Part shown: positions 1 through 9,943 of the stretch, one piece after another
How positions within the stretch are numbered: the stretch's first letter is position 1
Layout of the letters: each line of letters starts with the position of its first letter
Source of the DNA: Methanomassiliicoccaceae archaeon
GTDB lineage: Archaea; Thermoplasmatota; Thermoplasmata; Methanomassiliicoccales; Methanomassiliicoccaceae
Assembly (NCBI GenBank): GCA_963728405.1
Contig: CAVSJV010000005.1
Location: 128,001 to 192,000, forward strand
Length of the DNA: 64,000 nucleotides
Direction of reading: 5' to 3'
Notes under the pieces: generated by a model
Told to the model about the DNA's origin: nothing
Databases searched by the model: none
What the model saw: the letters and a program-made list of their open reading frames with translations, nothing else
Position numbers and translations under genes: made by a program

Positions 1-1
1 C

Positions 2-1702
2 GCGTTCAAGGCGTCGATAATCGGGAACTACGGAAAGGACGCGGCGGTGAGCCGTTACGTGCCACTGTCATTCCCCAAGCAGGTCGAGGACATGACGCTA
101 GCGCTGGCGAGTGACAGCCTCGCGAACTTCGCCCGCGCCCGTATCGATAAGTGGCTTAGTAGGCACACCGACTCGCGGACCGCTCGCTGGTTCGATCCCG
201 AAGCGCCTTCGGTCCCTGCTCGCGCCCCGCCCTCCACCGAATCCATGCGGGGATACGAGCAGGTGCTTCGCTCCATGAAGCTGCGGGATCACGGCTTGGA
301 CGACATCCAGGTGCAGGCCTGTCTAGACGGGCTGTCATGCACAGTGCAGCTGCTCCTCGGTCCTCCCGGCACGGGGAAGACGAACACTGCCGCCGCGGCC
401 GTGCTGCTCCGCCTGGCCGCCCGCCCCAGGAAGAAATTGTTCCTGCTATCGGCGAACACCCACACCGCGGTCAACGAGCTGACCGGGCGCATCCGCGAGG
501 CACTCCCGTTCTTCCTCAAGGCCGCCGACGAGAACGGAGTGGAGCACCACACGGTCAGGGTGATGCGGCTCACCGGCGACACCCCCGAATCGGAAGAGGC
601 GCTGGGGCTGTGGGACATGCCCCGCCTCCGGAAGGAGCTGGAGCAAGGGGACGTGGTCCTGTGCGGCAGTGTCAACGAACTGCTAAAGGTCGCGGAGAAG
701 ATGTCGGAGTTCGAACCGTTCCATGTGGACGGCCTGATCATAGACGAGGCGAGCATGATGGTCTTCCCCGATTTCCTCGCTCTGGCCACACTGATCGCCG
801 AGGACGGGGAGATGATGCTGGCGGGGGACCATATGCAACTCTCCCCCATCACGGCGCACGACTGGGAGCAGGAATGCCGGGAGCAGGTCGTCCGCCTCGG
901 TCCGCACCAGTCCGCCTACCAGGCGATCAATAACCTGTGCTCCCGTTGCACGCCGGCATCGATCAAACGGTCGGCCTTGACCGTCACCTACCGCCTGACC
1001 CCGGAGCTCACCCACCTCATTTCCGGCGTCTACGAGGGCGAGGGCGTCACTCTCCGTTCGGAAAAGCGACCAGACCTCAAGGGGGCAGAGATCGCCTCAT
1101 TGAAGGACCTGTGGTCGAGCGGCGGGGTGTTCCTGGTCGTCCACGATGAAGCGCTGTCTCGCAAGAGCAATGAGTTCGAGGCGTCTCTCATCAGAGATAT
1201 CATGAGGTCACGAGGCGTTGCGGAGCACCAGGTGCCACCCCAGACGGTATCGATAATGACTCCTCACCGGGCCCAGAGAGGCCTGCTCCGGAACCTGCTG
1301 AACGATGAGTTCGGCTATCATCTCAAACTGATCGATACGGTGGAGCGATTGCAGGGCGGGGAGTGCGAGACCATCATCGTCTCGGGGACGCAGTCCGATA
1401 CCGGGGCGATAAGCAACAACGCCGAGTTCATACTGGACCTCAACCGCACCAACGTCATCTTCTCACGGGCCCAGGAGCGGCTGATCGTGGTCTGTTCGAG
1501 GAGCTTGCTGGACAGCATGCCTGCGGACATCGACGATTATGGCTCGTCGTGGCTGTGGAAGCACCTGCGTTCGGTCTGCGACACTACCGTTCTCCAGATG
1601 GATAGTTATGGGCACAACTGTCGAGATACGAGTGCCCGGGCGGTTCTGGAACGGTTAGTGAGAGGATGCACGTTAGGTCCTGGAAGTGGACCTGACCGGT
1701 GA
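2..1702 (+). CDS. SF1 (DNA2/NAM7/UPF1-like) helicase, 5'-truncated by the window edge
   Basis: Walker A GPPGTGKT, IIDEASM, GDHMQL, TYR, TPHRAQ, TVERLQGGE and NVIFSRA motifs. The frame is open from base 2. A probable 1-nt insertion near 1617 would restore the ending ...TVEIRVPGRFWNG*. Confidence 0.85.
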   Translation, partial: AFKASIIGNYGKDAAVSRYVPLSFPKQVEDMTLALASDSLANFARARIDKWLSRHTDSRTARWFDPEAPSVPARAPPSTESMRGYEQVLRSMKLRDHGLDDIQVQACLDGLSCTVQLLLGPPGTGKTNTAAAAVLLRLAARPRKKLFLLSANTHTAVNELTGRIREALPFFLKAADENGVEHHTVRVMRLTGDTPESEEALGLWDMPRLRKELEQGDVVLCGSVNELLKVAEKMSEFEPFHVDGLIIDEASMMVFPDFLALATLIAEDGEMMLAGDHMQLSPITAHDWEQECREQVVRLGPHQSAYQAINNLCSRCTPASIKRSALTVTYRLTPELTHLISGVYEGEGVTLRSEKRPDLKGAEIASLKDLWSSGGVFLVVHDEALSRKSNEFEASLIRDIMRSRGVAEHQVPPQTVSIMTPHRAQRGLLRNLLNDEFGYHLKLIDTVERLQGGECETIIVSGTQSDTGAISNNAEFILDLNRTNVIFSRAQERLIVVCSRSLLDSMPADIDDYGSSWLWKHLRSVCDTTVLQMDSYGHNCRDTSARAVLERLVRGCTLGPGSGPDR

Positions 1703-1752
1703 TCCCTGGGCGGGCTCGGCCGGGTTCTGTTTCTGGAGGTGAAAGCGAACGA

Positions 1753-3964
1753 TCAGTCGCCCGATGCCGCAGGAAGAACGATCACGAACCTAGCCCCCTT
1801 GGTGTGATCTCCGGGCACACGGTCCTCGACCCAAACCTCCCCCTCAAATTCCTCGACCAGGCGTTTCACCAGATATAGTCCCAGGCCCCGGCTCACCGGC
1901 TTGGTCAATCCCATCAATGATCGGTCGAAGATCTTGTCCTTGCGTTCGTCGGGAATACCCGGACCGGTGTCCTCGACGCTCACCCGTAGCCGTTCCGTCC
2001 CATCTTGGTCCAGTCGGTTCACCGAGATATTCACGGTGACCGGCCCGGAAGAGTGTTTTATCGCATTGCTGACAATGTTCGAAAAGGCATCCCGGAGAAG
2101 GCCGGAGGCCTGCGCCCAACAGTGGTCCAGTTTCTCAAGATTGATGATGACCTTCCGATCCGGCGGGTTCTCATAGGCTTCCTTGACCTCCCTGAGTATC
2201 CTGCATAGATCAATGGGTTGGGCCTTCTCCCTTCCCGCTTCCACCATCTTCAGGTCCCGGACATTGGCGATCAGCTCTGAGCTGTTGCCCAACACCTGTA
2301 GGGGACCGACGATGAGCTTTCGGTCCTTCTCGTCCAACTTGAGCCTCATCTCCGCAAGCTGCAGGTAGCCTAAGGCCGCGGTGTTGTAATTGCTGATATC
2401 GTGGGTGAGCAGATCGACATAGATCTCGGCCCTCGACTTGGCCTCCTCCAGGTCCTTTTCAAGCCGTTTCCGCTCGGTTATGTCGATGAAGATCGTGGCG
2501 AACTGACCCTTAATCGGCGAGGAGATGGAAATGAAAAAGTACCTGTCCATGGGAGCGAAATAGGTCTCCAGCGTCGCTGGCTTCCCGGTCACGCATACCT
2601 TGGAGTAGATGTCCAAGTAGGGAGGCTCGTCAGTGCCGTACAGCTCAGAGGCCAGTTTACCCGCGGCCTTGCTCTTGGTTATGCCGGTGATGCGCTCATA
2701 GGCGGGATTGACATCGAGGATGCGATAGTCGATGATCCTGCCCTTTTCGTCATAAACGGCGTCATGGAGTGCTATCCCTTCGTTGCTGGCATAGAACAAC
2801 GACTCGAACTTCCTTCGGGCATGGACCATCTCCTCCTCGGCCTTCTTACGTTCGGTGATATCGGTAAAGAACCCCAGAACGACCGGACCATCGCCCAGGT
2901 CCACGCGGGTAATGGCCGCTTGAAAAGGGAAGGTCGAGCCATCCTTTCGAAGCCCGCGGAGTTCCATCTCGGCCCCTGTTTTGCGGCCTTCCTCCATACT
3001 AAGGGCGAACTCCAAGGCTCTTTTTCGGTCCTCCTGGGCGATCTGCTCTATGAACGGGCGGCCATTTAGCTCTTCGAGGCTCCCATAGCCGAACATCTCC
3101 AGGTATCGAGGGTTGCCGAAGGTGGTCATCCCGTTACGGGACATGGCTATGGCCACGGGGGCGTTCTCGATGAGCGAGCTGAACCACCTCTCCCCGGCTC
3201 TCAACCCTTCCTCCATTTGTTTACGATCGGTGATGTCCCGGGCGATCCCGACCACGCCGATGGTCCGTCCATGGCGGTCGCGATACGGTGTCTTGGAAGT
3301 GAGAAAAGTACGGTAACCGCTAGGGGTCCGTATGCTCTCCTCCATCACCTCACCGATACCGGACCGCAAGATGCGGCGGTCGTTGACCATGGCGTTCCTG
3401 GCAACCTCGGGATCTAAGTTGATCTCGAGGTCGTTCTTTCCCATAACGTCGTCCAGTGACAAGCCGAACGCCTCCAAGGTGGCAGGGTTGACCATCAGGT
3501 AGCGGCCCCTTTGATCCTTGATGAAAATAGGATCACCAGCACCATCCAGAATGGCTTGAAGTCGTTCTTCTCTATCTCGCAGACTCTCCAATTCCTTTCG
3601 TTCGGTGATGTCCGCGGCAGTCGTGAACTGTCCCTCGAACCTTTCCATCAGCTCCCGCAACTGGCACTATGCGAAACTCGTAATATCTCGTGCCATCATG
3701 CATGGAGGACAGCTCTCCTTTCGAGGGCTCCCCTGTGATAATGGCCTCATTTCTAAGACCATCGATGGCGCTCATCAGGTCCGATCTATGATCGAGCTCC
3801 GACCAGGTCCCGCTCTCCAGCTCATCTCGGGCCAGGCCAAAAAGCCGAGCAGCGTCGGAGGTCACGAACCTGAACCGGCCGCTTAGGTCCTGGAAAAAAG
3901 CGAGGGTGGGGGTCGAGGCGAACAGCGATCGGAGGAGGGCGTCCTCCTCGATGCGCTCGGACAA
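1753..3964 (-). CDS. Multi-PAS sensor histidine kinase (frameshift near 3625)
   Basis: ORFs 3572-3964 and 1753-3660 join across a PAS C-terminus (VRGTV|TTAADITERK). Repeated DITERK PAS ends; H-box THDISN, N-box NAIKH, G1 DTGPGI, G2 GLGL. Confidence 0.9.
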
Positions 3965-4239
3965 CTCCGTCGGTAAAGGTTCCTTAATCGATCCTACTCT
4001 CAGGATTTGTCACTACTCCACCTCGTTAGCTTATCTTTTGTGCGCTCCATGCTCAAGTATGTTAGTTATTGTCTTGGTCATAAGGATGCTCGGCCGGTGC
4101 TCTTCAACTCCATGTTCTAAGACTGGGCTGGTCCTTTCACGCCTTTCTCGGAAGCAGCTCCGGCCTCCATCCTATGGCCGAAATGCACATTAGCGGCCGG
4201 GTTCCAGTTGCTCGATGAACCATCGGAATGGTGAAAACG

Positions 4240-4500
4240 ATGAGGTCGCAGCCAAAGGAAAAGGTCATGTGGGCAAGGTCATCGCCGCCGGCCTGGACCG
4301 CGTGGGACACGAGACCAGGTTTTCGGGCACCGGGACCCCCTCGAATCAGTGTAGGCGGCCACGGGATGGGGTGAACTGGTCGTTCTGGTCGTGCCGTTCT
4401 CCCAGATAAGTAGGGTGGCTGGAGAGATCGGCTCGAATGGCGATAGACACTGATCGATGCGACCAACGCCATAGGTCCGAACGGGGCCCTGGGACCCTTA
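4240..4500 (+). pseudogene. Decayed NADP oxidoreductase, F420-dependent family (F420_oxidored-like) fragment
   Basis: RBS ggtga then ATG at 4240. Across frameshifts it reads GKGHVGKVIAAGLDRVGHETR/FGHRDPLESV*AATGWGELVVLVVPF.../TLIDATNAI, a Rossmann GxGxxG plus DATN. Has an in-frame stop and is truncated. Confidence 0.6.
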
Positions 4501-4590
4501 TCGTGCTCGGAGCAGACCGCGCCCCGGCGATCGTGTGAACGTTCCTTCGTGGGCGTGTTTTATTGCCATCGGTTGCTACTAGGCACAAAT

Positions 4591-4782
4591 ATGTGTGAGT
4601 CGGTGGTACTGCTCAAGGAGGACAAGGGGATTAGCACGATCATGCCCGATGCTGTCGCCATCGTTCCGGTCAGGGGCGGCCTCCGGTGCGTCAATGTCCT
4701 TGGCGAAACCAAGGACCTCGACCGGGTCCGCCTGTTGGAAATGGACCTGCTCCGGCATCGCGTCATCCTCGAGAGGGTGTGA
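4591..4782 (+). CDS. cooT: CooT nickel-binding CODH chaperone
   Basis: 63 aa, begins MCES; contains NVLGE and DLLRHRVIL; directly upstream of cooC. Confidence 0.8.
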   Translation: MCESVVLLKEDKGISTIMPDAVAIVPVRGGLRCVNVLGETKDLDRVRLLEMDLLRHRVILERV

Positions 4783-5604
4783 ATGGCGCTGAAGGTCGCC
4801 GTGTCCGGCAAGGGAGGGGTGGGCAAGACCACCGTAGCCGCCATCCTGGCATCGCTGTATGCGCGGGAGGGCCGCAAGGTGATCGCCGTGGACGCCGACC
4901 CGGCCTCATCGCTCCCGGCCGCCCTGGGGGTGCCGGAGGCGGAGCGGGCCGGCCTGGTCCCTCTGTCGCAGATGCTCGACCTGATCGAGGAGAGGACGGG
5001 GGCCAGGCCAGGGGATGGTTCGGGCGGGTTGTTCTCGCTGAACCCCCGGGTCGACGACCTGGTGGACCGGTATGGCCTACGGGGACAGGAAGGGGTCCGG
5101 CTTCTCGTCCTGGGCACCATCAAGGGCCCCGGCACCGGCTGCTTCTGTCCGGAGAGCTCCCTGCTGAAAAGCCTGCTCCGGCACCTCGTCCTGGAGGACG
5201 ACCATCTGCTCATAATCGACATGGAGGCCGGGCTGGAGCATCTGGGCCGATCGACACTGCAGGGGGTCGATATCCTCCTGGTAGTGGCCGAGCCTGGCCA
5301 GCGATCGATCGACACCGCCGCGAGAATAGCGTCGATGGCCCGGGAGCTGGGGGTCAGGAACATCTACGCCGTGCTGAACAAGGTCTCCTCGCCGGAGCAG
5401 GAGGCCGAGCTGCGTCGTTTGCTCGGCGAAAGGTCCTTGGAATGTATGGGGGTGGTCCCCCTGGACGCGAGGATGGTGGAGGCGGACCTGGCCGGGAGGG
5501 CCACCATGGGCTCGGGGGCCGAAGGGGCGCTGGAGGCGGTGGCCCGGCTGAAGGAACGGATCGATTCGCATTGGGGCAATGATGACGCCAAAGGTTTGTT
5601 ATAA
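4783..5604 (+). CDS. cooC: CooC Ni-insertion ATPase (CODH maturation)
   Basis: GKGGVGKTT, DADP, GCFCPE (CxC) and DMEAGLEHLGR motifs; adjacent to cooS. Confidence 0.95.
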   Translation: MALKVAVSGKGGVGKTTVAAILASLYAREGRKVIAVDADPASSLPAALGVPEAERAGLVPLSQMLDLIEERTGARPGDGSGGLFSLNPRVDDLVDRYGLRGQEGVRLLVLGTIKGPGTGCFCPESSLLKSLLRHLVLEDDHLLIIDMEAGLEHLGRSTLQGVDILLVVAEPGQRSIDTAARIASMARELGVRNIYAVLNKVSSPEQEAELRRLLGERSLECMGVVPLDARMVEADLAGRATMGSGAEGALEAVARLKERIDSHWGNDDAKGLL

Positions 5605-5606
5605 AT
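5599..5606 (+). promoter_or_regulatory. Putative internal TATA box for a leaderless cooS transcript
   Basis: TTATAAAT about 22-29 nt upstream of the cooS ATG (5628), flanked by the imperfect inverted repeat TTGTTA-N10-TGACAA (5596-5617). Confidence 0.4.
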
Positions 5607-5627
5607 GATGCTGACAACTTGGACAGT

Positions 5628-7565
5628 ATGAGCGACGAGTACCCGGAGATCCTTTCTGTCGAGTGTCTAAGAGTCCCGCCCAAGCAGTTGAAGCCGGAGG
5701 AGGTGGACCAGAAGGCGGAGGACCGAACCCTGGACCCCTCGTCGCAGGCGGTGCTCAAGAAGGCCATGCGCGAGGGCACCGAGACGGTATGGGACCGTTT
5801 GGAGAGGCAGACCCCTCACTGCAAGTTCTGCTCGCAAGGCATATCCTGCCAGCGGTGCGCCATGGGGCCTTGTAGGATAATGGGTGGCGACCGCACCAGG
5901 GGCGTGTGTGGGAACGATGCCGATCTTATAGTGGCCCGAAATCTCCTTGACTGGGTGTCCATGGGGGCGGCCGCCCACTCCGATCACGGCCGCGAGGTCG
6001 TAGAGGCGATGCTCAAGGCCGCCCGGGGACAAGCTCCCGAATATGCGGTCTCCGACACGGTGAAGCTCAAGAAGATCGCCCAGGAGTATGGCATCGACAC
6101 GTCCGGACCGGTCAACAAGATCGCCGAGATGCTCGCATTGGCCATGCTCGAAGAGTTCGGTACCATAAAGGGCGAACTGCAGCTGATCAAGCGCGCACCG
6201 GCCGCCAATGTCGACCTCTGGAGGTCGATCAACATCCTTCCGCGCAGCATTGACCGCGAGATCGTCGAAGCGATGCACCGGGTGCACATGGGCGTGGGTA
6301 ACGAGCCCACCGGTGTGGTGATGCACGGCTTCAAGGCGTCGATGGGCGACGGATGGGGCGGGTCGATGATGGGCACGGAGATATCAGACGTCATGTTCGG
6401 GACGCCCGAACCGAAGCGTTCCAAGGTCAACCTGGGGGTGCTGAAGCACGACCAGGTAAACGTCTCGCTGCATGGTCACAACCCCATCCTATCAGAGATG
6501 GTCCTCCGGGCCGCCTCCCTCCCCGAGCTGCAGGCTAGGGCCAAGAGCGTCGGCGCCACAGGCATCAATCTCGTCGGGCTTTGTTGCACCGGCAATGAGC
6601 TTCTTCAGAGAAAGGGAATCCCGCAGGCCGGCAATCACCTGGACCAGGAACTGGTCATCACCACCGGGGCGCTGGAAGCGATGGTCGTGGACTACCAGTG
6701 CATCTTTCCGTCGTTAGCTTACACAGCCGCATGCTACCACACCAAGGTAATAGCGACCTCGCCCAAGGCCAACATGTCCGGGGCCGTGTACATGGAGATC
6801 AGCCCGGAGAACGCCTTCCAGCAATCGCAGCGCATCCTCGAGCTGGCCATCGACAACTATCCCAACCGGGTGAAGGAGAGGGTGTTCATCCCGGATAAGC
6901 CGGTCGACGTCATGGTCGGGTTCTCGGTGGAATCGATCGCCAATGCCCTAGGGGGTAGCCTGAAACCGCTGCTTGACGTCATCCTCTCCGGTAAGATCAG
7001 AGGGTGCGCGGGGATCGTCGGATGCAATAACCCCCACATCCGGCACGACGCCTCCCACGTGGCTCTGGCCAAGGAGCTGATCAAGCGTGATATCCTATGC
7101 GTGGAGACGGGGTGTGCATCGATCGCCTGCGCCAAGGCTGGTCTGATGCTCCCCGAGTCGATATCCCAGGCCGGGAAGGGCATACAGGAGGTGTGCGGCT
7201 CATTAGGCATCCCGCCGGTCCTACACATGGGCTCCTGTGTAGACAACACGCGCATCCTGAACCTGGTGGCCGAGCTGGCCCGCCTGGCCGGCGTGCGCAT
7301 CGATCAGCTTCCGGTGGCCGGGGCAGCCCCTGAGTGGTACTCTCCCAAGGCAGTATCGATCGCCGAGTACTTCGTAGGCAGTGGTGTGAGCACCGTGCTG
7401 GGAGTGATGCCCCGCGTCGGAGGAAGCCCTAAGGTGACCAAGTTGCTGACCGATGGCATCGAAAGCTCCATGAACGCCAAGTTCTGGGTGGAGCCTGATC
7501 CCAAGAAGGCGGCAGCTCTGATCTACGATCATATCGAGACGAAGCGCAAGGCGCTGGGATTGTGA
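5628..7565 (+). CDS. cooS: Monofunctional anaerobic Ni,Fe-carbon monoxide dehydrogenase catalytic subunit
   Basis: CKFC..C..C.MGPC...GVCG (D/B clusters), AAAHSDHGR, GHNP, LCCTGNE, DYQC, GCNN, TGC, GSCVD (C-cluster ligands) and the EWYSPKA catalytic Lys. Confidence 0.97.
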   Translation: MSDEYPEILSVECLRVPPKQLKPEEVDQKAEDRTLDPSSQAVLKKAMREGTETVWDRLERQTPHCKFCSQGISCQRCAMGPCRIMGGDRTRGVCGNDADLIVARNLLDWVSMGAAAHSDHGREVVEAMLKAARGQAPEYAVSDTVKLKKIAQEYGIDTSGPVNKIAEMLALAMLEEFGTIKGELQLIKRAPAANVDLWRSINILPRSIDREIVEAMHRVHMGVGNEPTGVVMHGFKASMGDGWGGSMMGTEISDVMFGTPEPKRSKVNLGVLKHDQVNVSLHGHNPILSEMVLRAASLPELQARAKSVGATGINLVGLCCTGNELLQRKGIPQAGNHLDQELVITTGALEAMVVDYQCIFPSLAYTAACYHTKVIATSPKANMSGAVYMEISPENAFQQSQRILELAIDNYPNRVKERVFIPDKPVDVMVGFSVESIANALGGSLKPLLDVILSGKIRGCAGIVGCNNPHIRHDASHVALAKELIKRDILCVETGCASIACAKAGLMLPESISQAGKGIQEVCGSLGIPPVLHMGSCVDNTRILNLVAELARLAGVRIDQLPVAGAAPEWYSPKAVSIAEYFVGSGVSTVLGVMPRVGGSPKVTKLLTDGIESSMNAKFWVEPDPKKAAALIYDHIETKRKALGL

Positions 7566-7706
7566 TGGTCATTGATTAAAAGATGAAGGAGATGGGTCAA
7601 AACAGACCGTAAGTAGCAAATCGCATCATACGTTCGAAGACTTCGCTTGCGGTCCTCTCGTCTACCTAAGCGAATTGGACGCTCGATCCGCCCTAGTGCT
7701 CATGGT

Positions 7707-8099
7707 CTATGACTTTAGGAACTTGATATATTCTAGAGTCTCATCCTTCTGGAAGGTCGCCAACATCTCCCTGATCGATCCCGCGGTGCCCCCGATCAAG
7801 AAGACATCCAGGCACTTACCGTCCTTCAGGTGGGAATGGACCTGGGTTTTTATGTTCCCCTGGTATTCGTGCCGGGCCTCGTCCAGACCATGGCCTTCCT
7901 GGGCATTATGTACCGCGATCATGATCCCTTCGACCTCGCCATCCATTTTCTCCCTCTCCTTGATCTCCGCCTCGGCAGAACGAAGACACACCCGTATCGC
8001 TTCGCTCCTGCCCGCCAGGCCCAGTAACTGTTGGAGCTTGTCCAGGTCCTCAATGTTCTTATCGGTCAAGGAAACACTGATAACAGTCATGTTGCGCAT
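7707..8099 (-). CDS. nikR: NikR-family (RHH + ACT) metal-responsive regulator
   Basis: N-terminal VISVSL...RSEAIR ribbon-helix-helix; RHEY...VHSH...KCL matches the NikR His/His/His/Cys metal site. Confidence 0.8.
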   Translation of the reverse strand: MRNMTVISVSLTDKNIEDLDKLQQLLGLAGRSEAIRVCLRSAEAEIKEREKMDGEVEGIMIAVHNAQEGHGLDEARHEYQGNIKTQVHSHLKDGKCLDVFLIGGTAGSIREMLATFQKDETLEYIKFLKS

Positions 8100-8139
8100 G
8101 ATGTGGTAACTGTTAATAGCATATTTATAAGACGCTGTA

Positions 8140-8155
8140 TTGAAGTTAATAGTCA
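8140..8155. promoter_or_regulatory. Repeated operator-like motif TTGAAGTTAATAGTCA (copy 1)
   Basis: An identical 16-mer occurs at 9736-9751; TGTTAATAGCA also occurs at both 8111-8121 and 9773-9783. Confidence 0.6.
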
Positions 8156-8199
8156 TTGTTATATCTGTTGATATCTTATTGCATCAACGGTGGGAAAAA

Positions 8200-9549
8200 G
8201 TGGCTCTAAAAAGGAACACCAGGATATTCTTGTCAATAGTTCTCGTTGGCGTACTGGTGGTAGCCGGGACCACGGTCATGCTCTCCTCGAGCAGTTCATC
8301 GAAATCGGGTAAGATGAGCGTCGTGGCAAGTTTCTACCCACTTTATTATTTTTCATCAGAGATCGGGAAAGATCGTGTCGAGGCCAGCATGCTGATCCCG
8401 GACAACTCGGAACCTCATTCCTGGGAGCCAAGCCCTTCCGATATAAGAAAAGTGAACGATGCGGATGTGCTCGTGTACAATGGGCAGGGATTCGAGCCAT
8501 GGATGGATGCGTTCCTAGGATCGGCGGATAACCCGGACCTGGTCCTCGTGGACACCAGCAAAAACGTCTCTCTGCACATGTCCGTGGAGGTCCGTGAGGT
8601 GTACGAAGCGGCGATGGCGGTCCTGGGGACGGGAACAACCTCCGAGGTCACGGCAACGGCCTCCGCGGATTCTGCGACAACGGTGGACGCTAATGGCTTC
8701 ATCGCCGTTAATCTAGTACCGATCTCTGGAGGTAACGGGGGTTACATCAAGGTCCAGTCAATGGATGGAGGGGACCTCCGGTTCTTTGTCACCAATGCCA
8801 CCTCATTTACGATAACCTCGCCCGACGGAACCGAGGTGGCGTCTGAGCTTGATAATGGAAAGGTCAGCTGGTATCCCATGTTCAACGGTTCGAAATTCGT
8901 CGAACTGGAGGCTGGCACTGCCTACGATGTCTCCTTCGGGCCCAGCGATTCGGACGGCACCGGATTGATCATCGTTGCAGGTCAAGAGGGCAGCACCGAG
9001 GGAGGCGAGGAACACCACCACGGTCTGAACGATCCTCACTTCTGGTTAGATCCGCTGAGCGCAAAGGTCCAAGTGGACAACATCCTGCAGGCGTTCGTCC
9101 ATACTGATCCGGGGAACGCCACATTCTATGAGCAGAACGCGGCGGACCTGAACTCTCGTCTGGATGCATTGAACCAAGAATTCGTCGATGGTCTGTCCGG
9201 CCGGAACAAGAACGCCATAATCACCACGCATGAGGGCTTCGACTATCTCGCCGAACGCTACGGTTTCGAAGCATACGCGGCCATTGGCATATCGGCCGAT
9301 TCCCAGCCTAGCGCCCAGGACCTGGCAGACCTGGCCGACATGGTCCGGGAGCTCGATCTGAAATACGTATATTCCGAGCCCATATTCTCGGACTCAGTGA
9401 TGGAAACGATCGCATCGGAGACGGGGACGCAGGTGTTGGTCCTCGATGGCATTCACGGGAGGTCCGGGGTCCATGCGGGCATGGATTATTTCCAGATAAT
9501 GCGAGCCAATCTGGAGGCATTGAAGATCGGCCTAGAGGTCCCTTCCTGA
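8200..9549 (+). CDS. znuA: Zn/Mn/Ni ABC transporter substrate-binding protein (ZnuA/TroA family) with a large insertion
   Basis: N-terminal TM anchor; VVASFYPL, EPHSWE, DPHFWLDP, THEGF motifs; His-rich EEHHH loop. Confidence 0.9.
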   Translation: MALKRNTRIFLSIVLVGVLVVAGTTVMLSSSSSSKSGKMSVVASFYPLYYFSSEIGKDRVEASMLIPDNSEPHSWEPSPSDIRKVNDADVLVYNGQGFEPWMDAFLGSADNPDLVLVDTSKNVSLHMSVEVREVYEAAMAVLGTGTTSEVTATASADSATTVDANGFIAVNLVPISGGNGGYIKVQSMDGGDLRFFVTNATSFTITSPDGTEVASELDNGKVSWYPMFNGSKFVELEAGTAYDVSFGPSDSDGTGLIIVAGQEGSTEGGEEHHHGLNDPHFWLDPLSAKVQVDNILQAFVHTDPGNATFYEQNAADLNSRLDALNQEFVDGLSGRNKNAIITTHEGFDYLAERYGFEAYAAIGISADSQPSAQDLADLADMVRELDLKYVYSEPIFSDSVMETIASETGTQVLVLDGIHGRSGVHAGMDYFQIMRANLEALKIGLEVPS

Positions 9550-9720
9550 AACCTTTTCTTCTCCCCATAGGTCGCCTTCTCGGGTTATGTTCGAGCAACA
9601 ATATCGGGGACCGCCGGTCAAGAAAACCCGGTGGACGACCCAATAGCACAGCTGACCGTGTATTGTTAAGCACAATGCAGGACCTAGGTTAGTGAGCAAT
9701 GATCACAAATTGTTAATTAC

Positions 9721-9753
9721 ATTGACTAATTTATGTTGAAGTTAATAGTCAAT
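9721..9753. promoter_or_regulatory. Inverted repeat ATTGACTA-N17-TAGTCAAT containing motif copy 2; NikR-like operator
   Basis: Half-sites at 9721-9728 and 9746-9753 with a long spacer typical of RHH-tetramer operators, in an AT-rich intergenic region. Confidence 0.55.
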
Positions 9754-9943
9754 ATTAAAAATACCTGCAATTTGTTAATAGCAGAATCTTTATCCATTGA
9801 TAACATAAAGCAAGATCGTTATCTCGTGCAGATGGGAAGTAATGCTATGGATCGCCAATCCCGTGGCGGTTCCAGGTGGACTACGACCTCCTTACCACAA
9901 GGGTGGCATTATCGATCTAAAAACTCGAGACCGGCGGACAACC

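Noticed and set aside
4560-7532. Long antisense and alternate-frame ORFs over the coo genes (likewise 12364-13311, 31310-32239, 38361-39401, 56631-57641)
   Set aside because: Shadow ORFs expected from high GC3 codon usage of real genes; they have no motifs.
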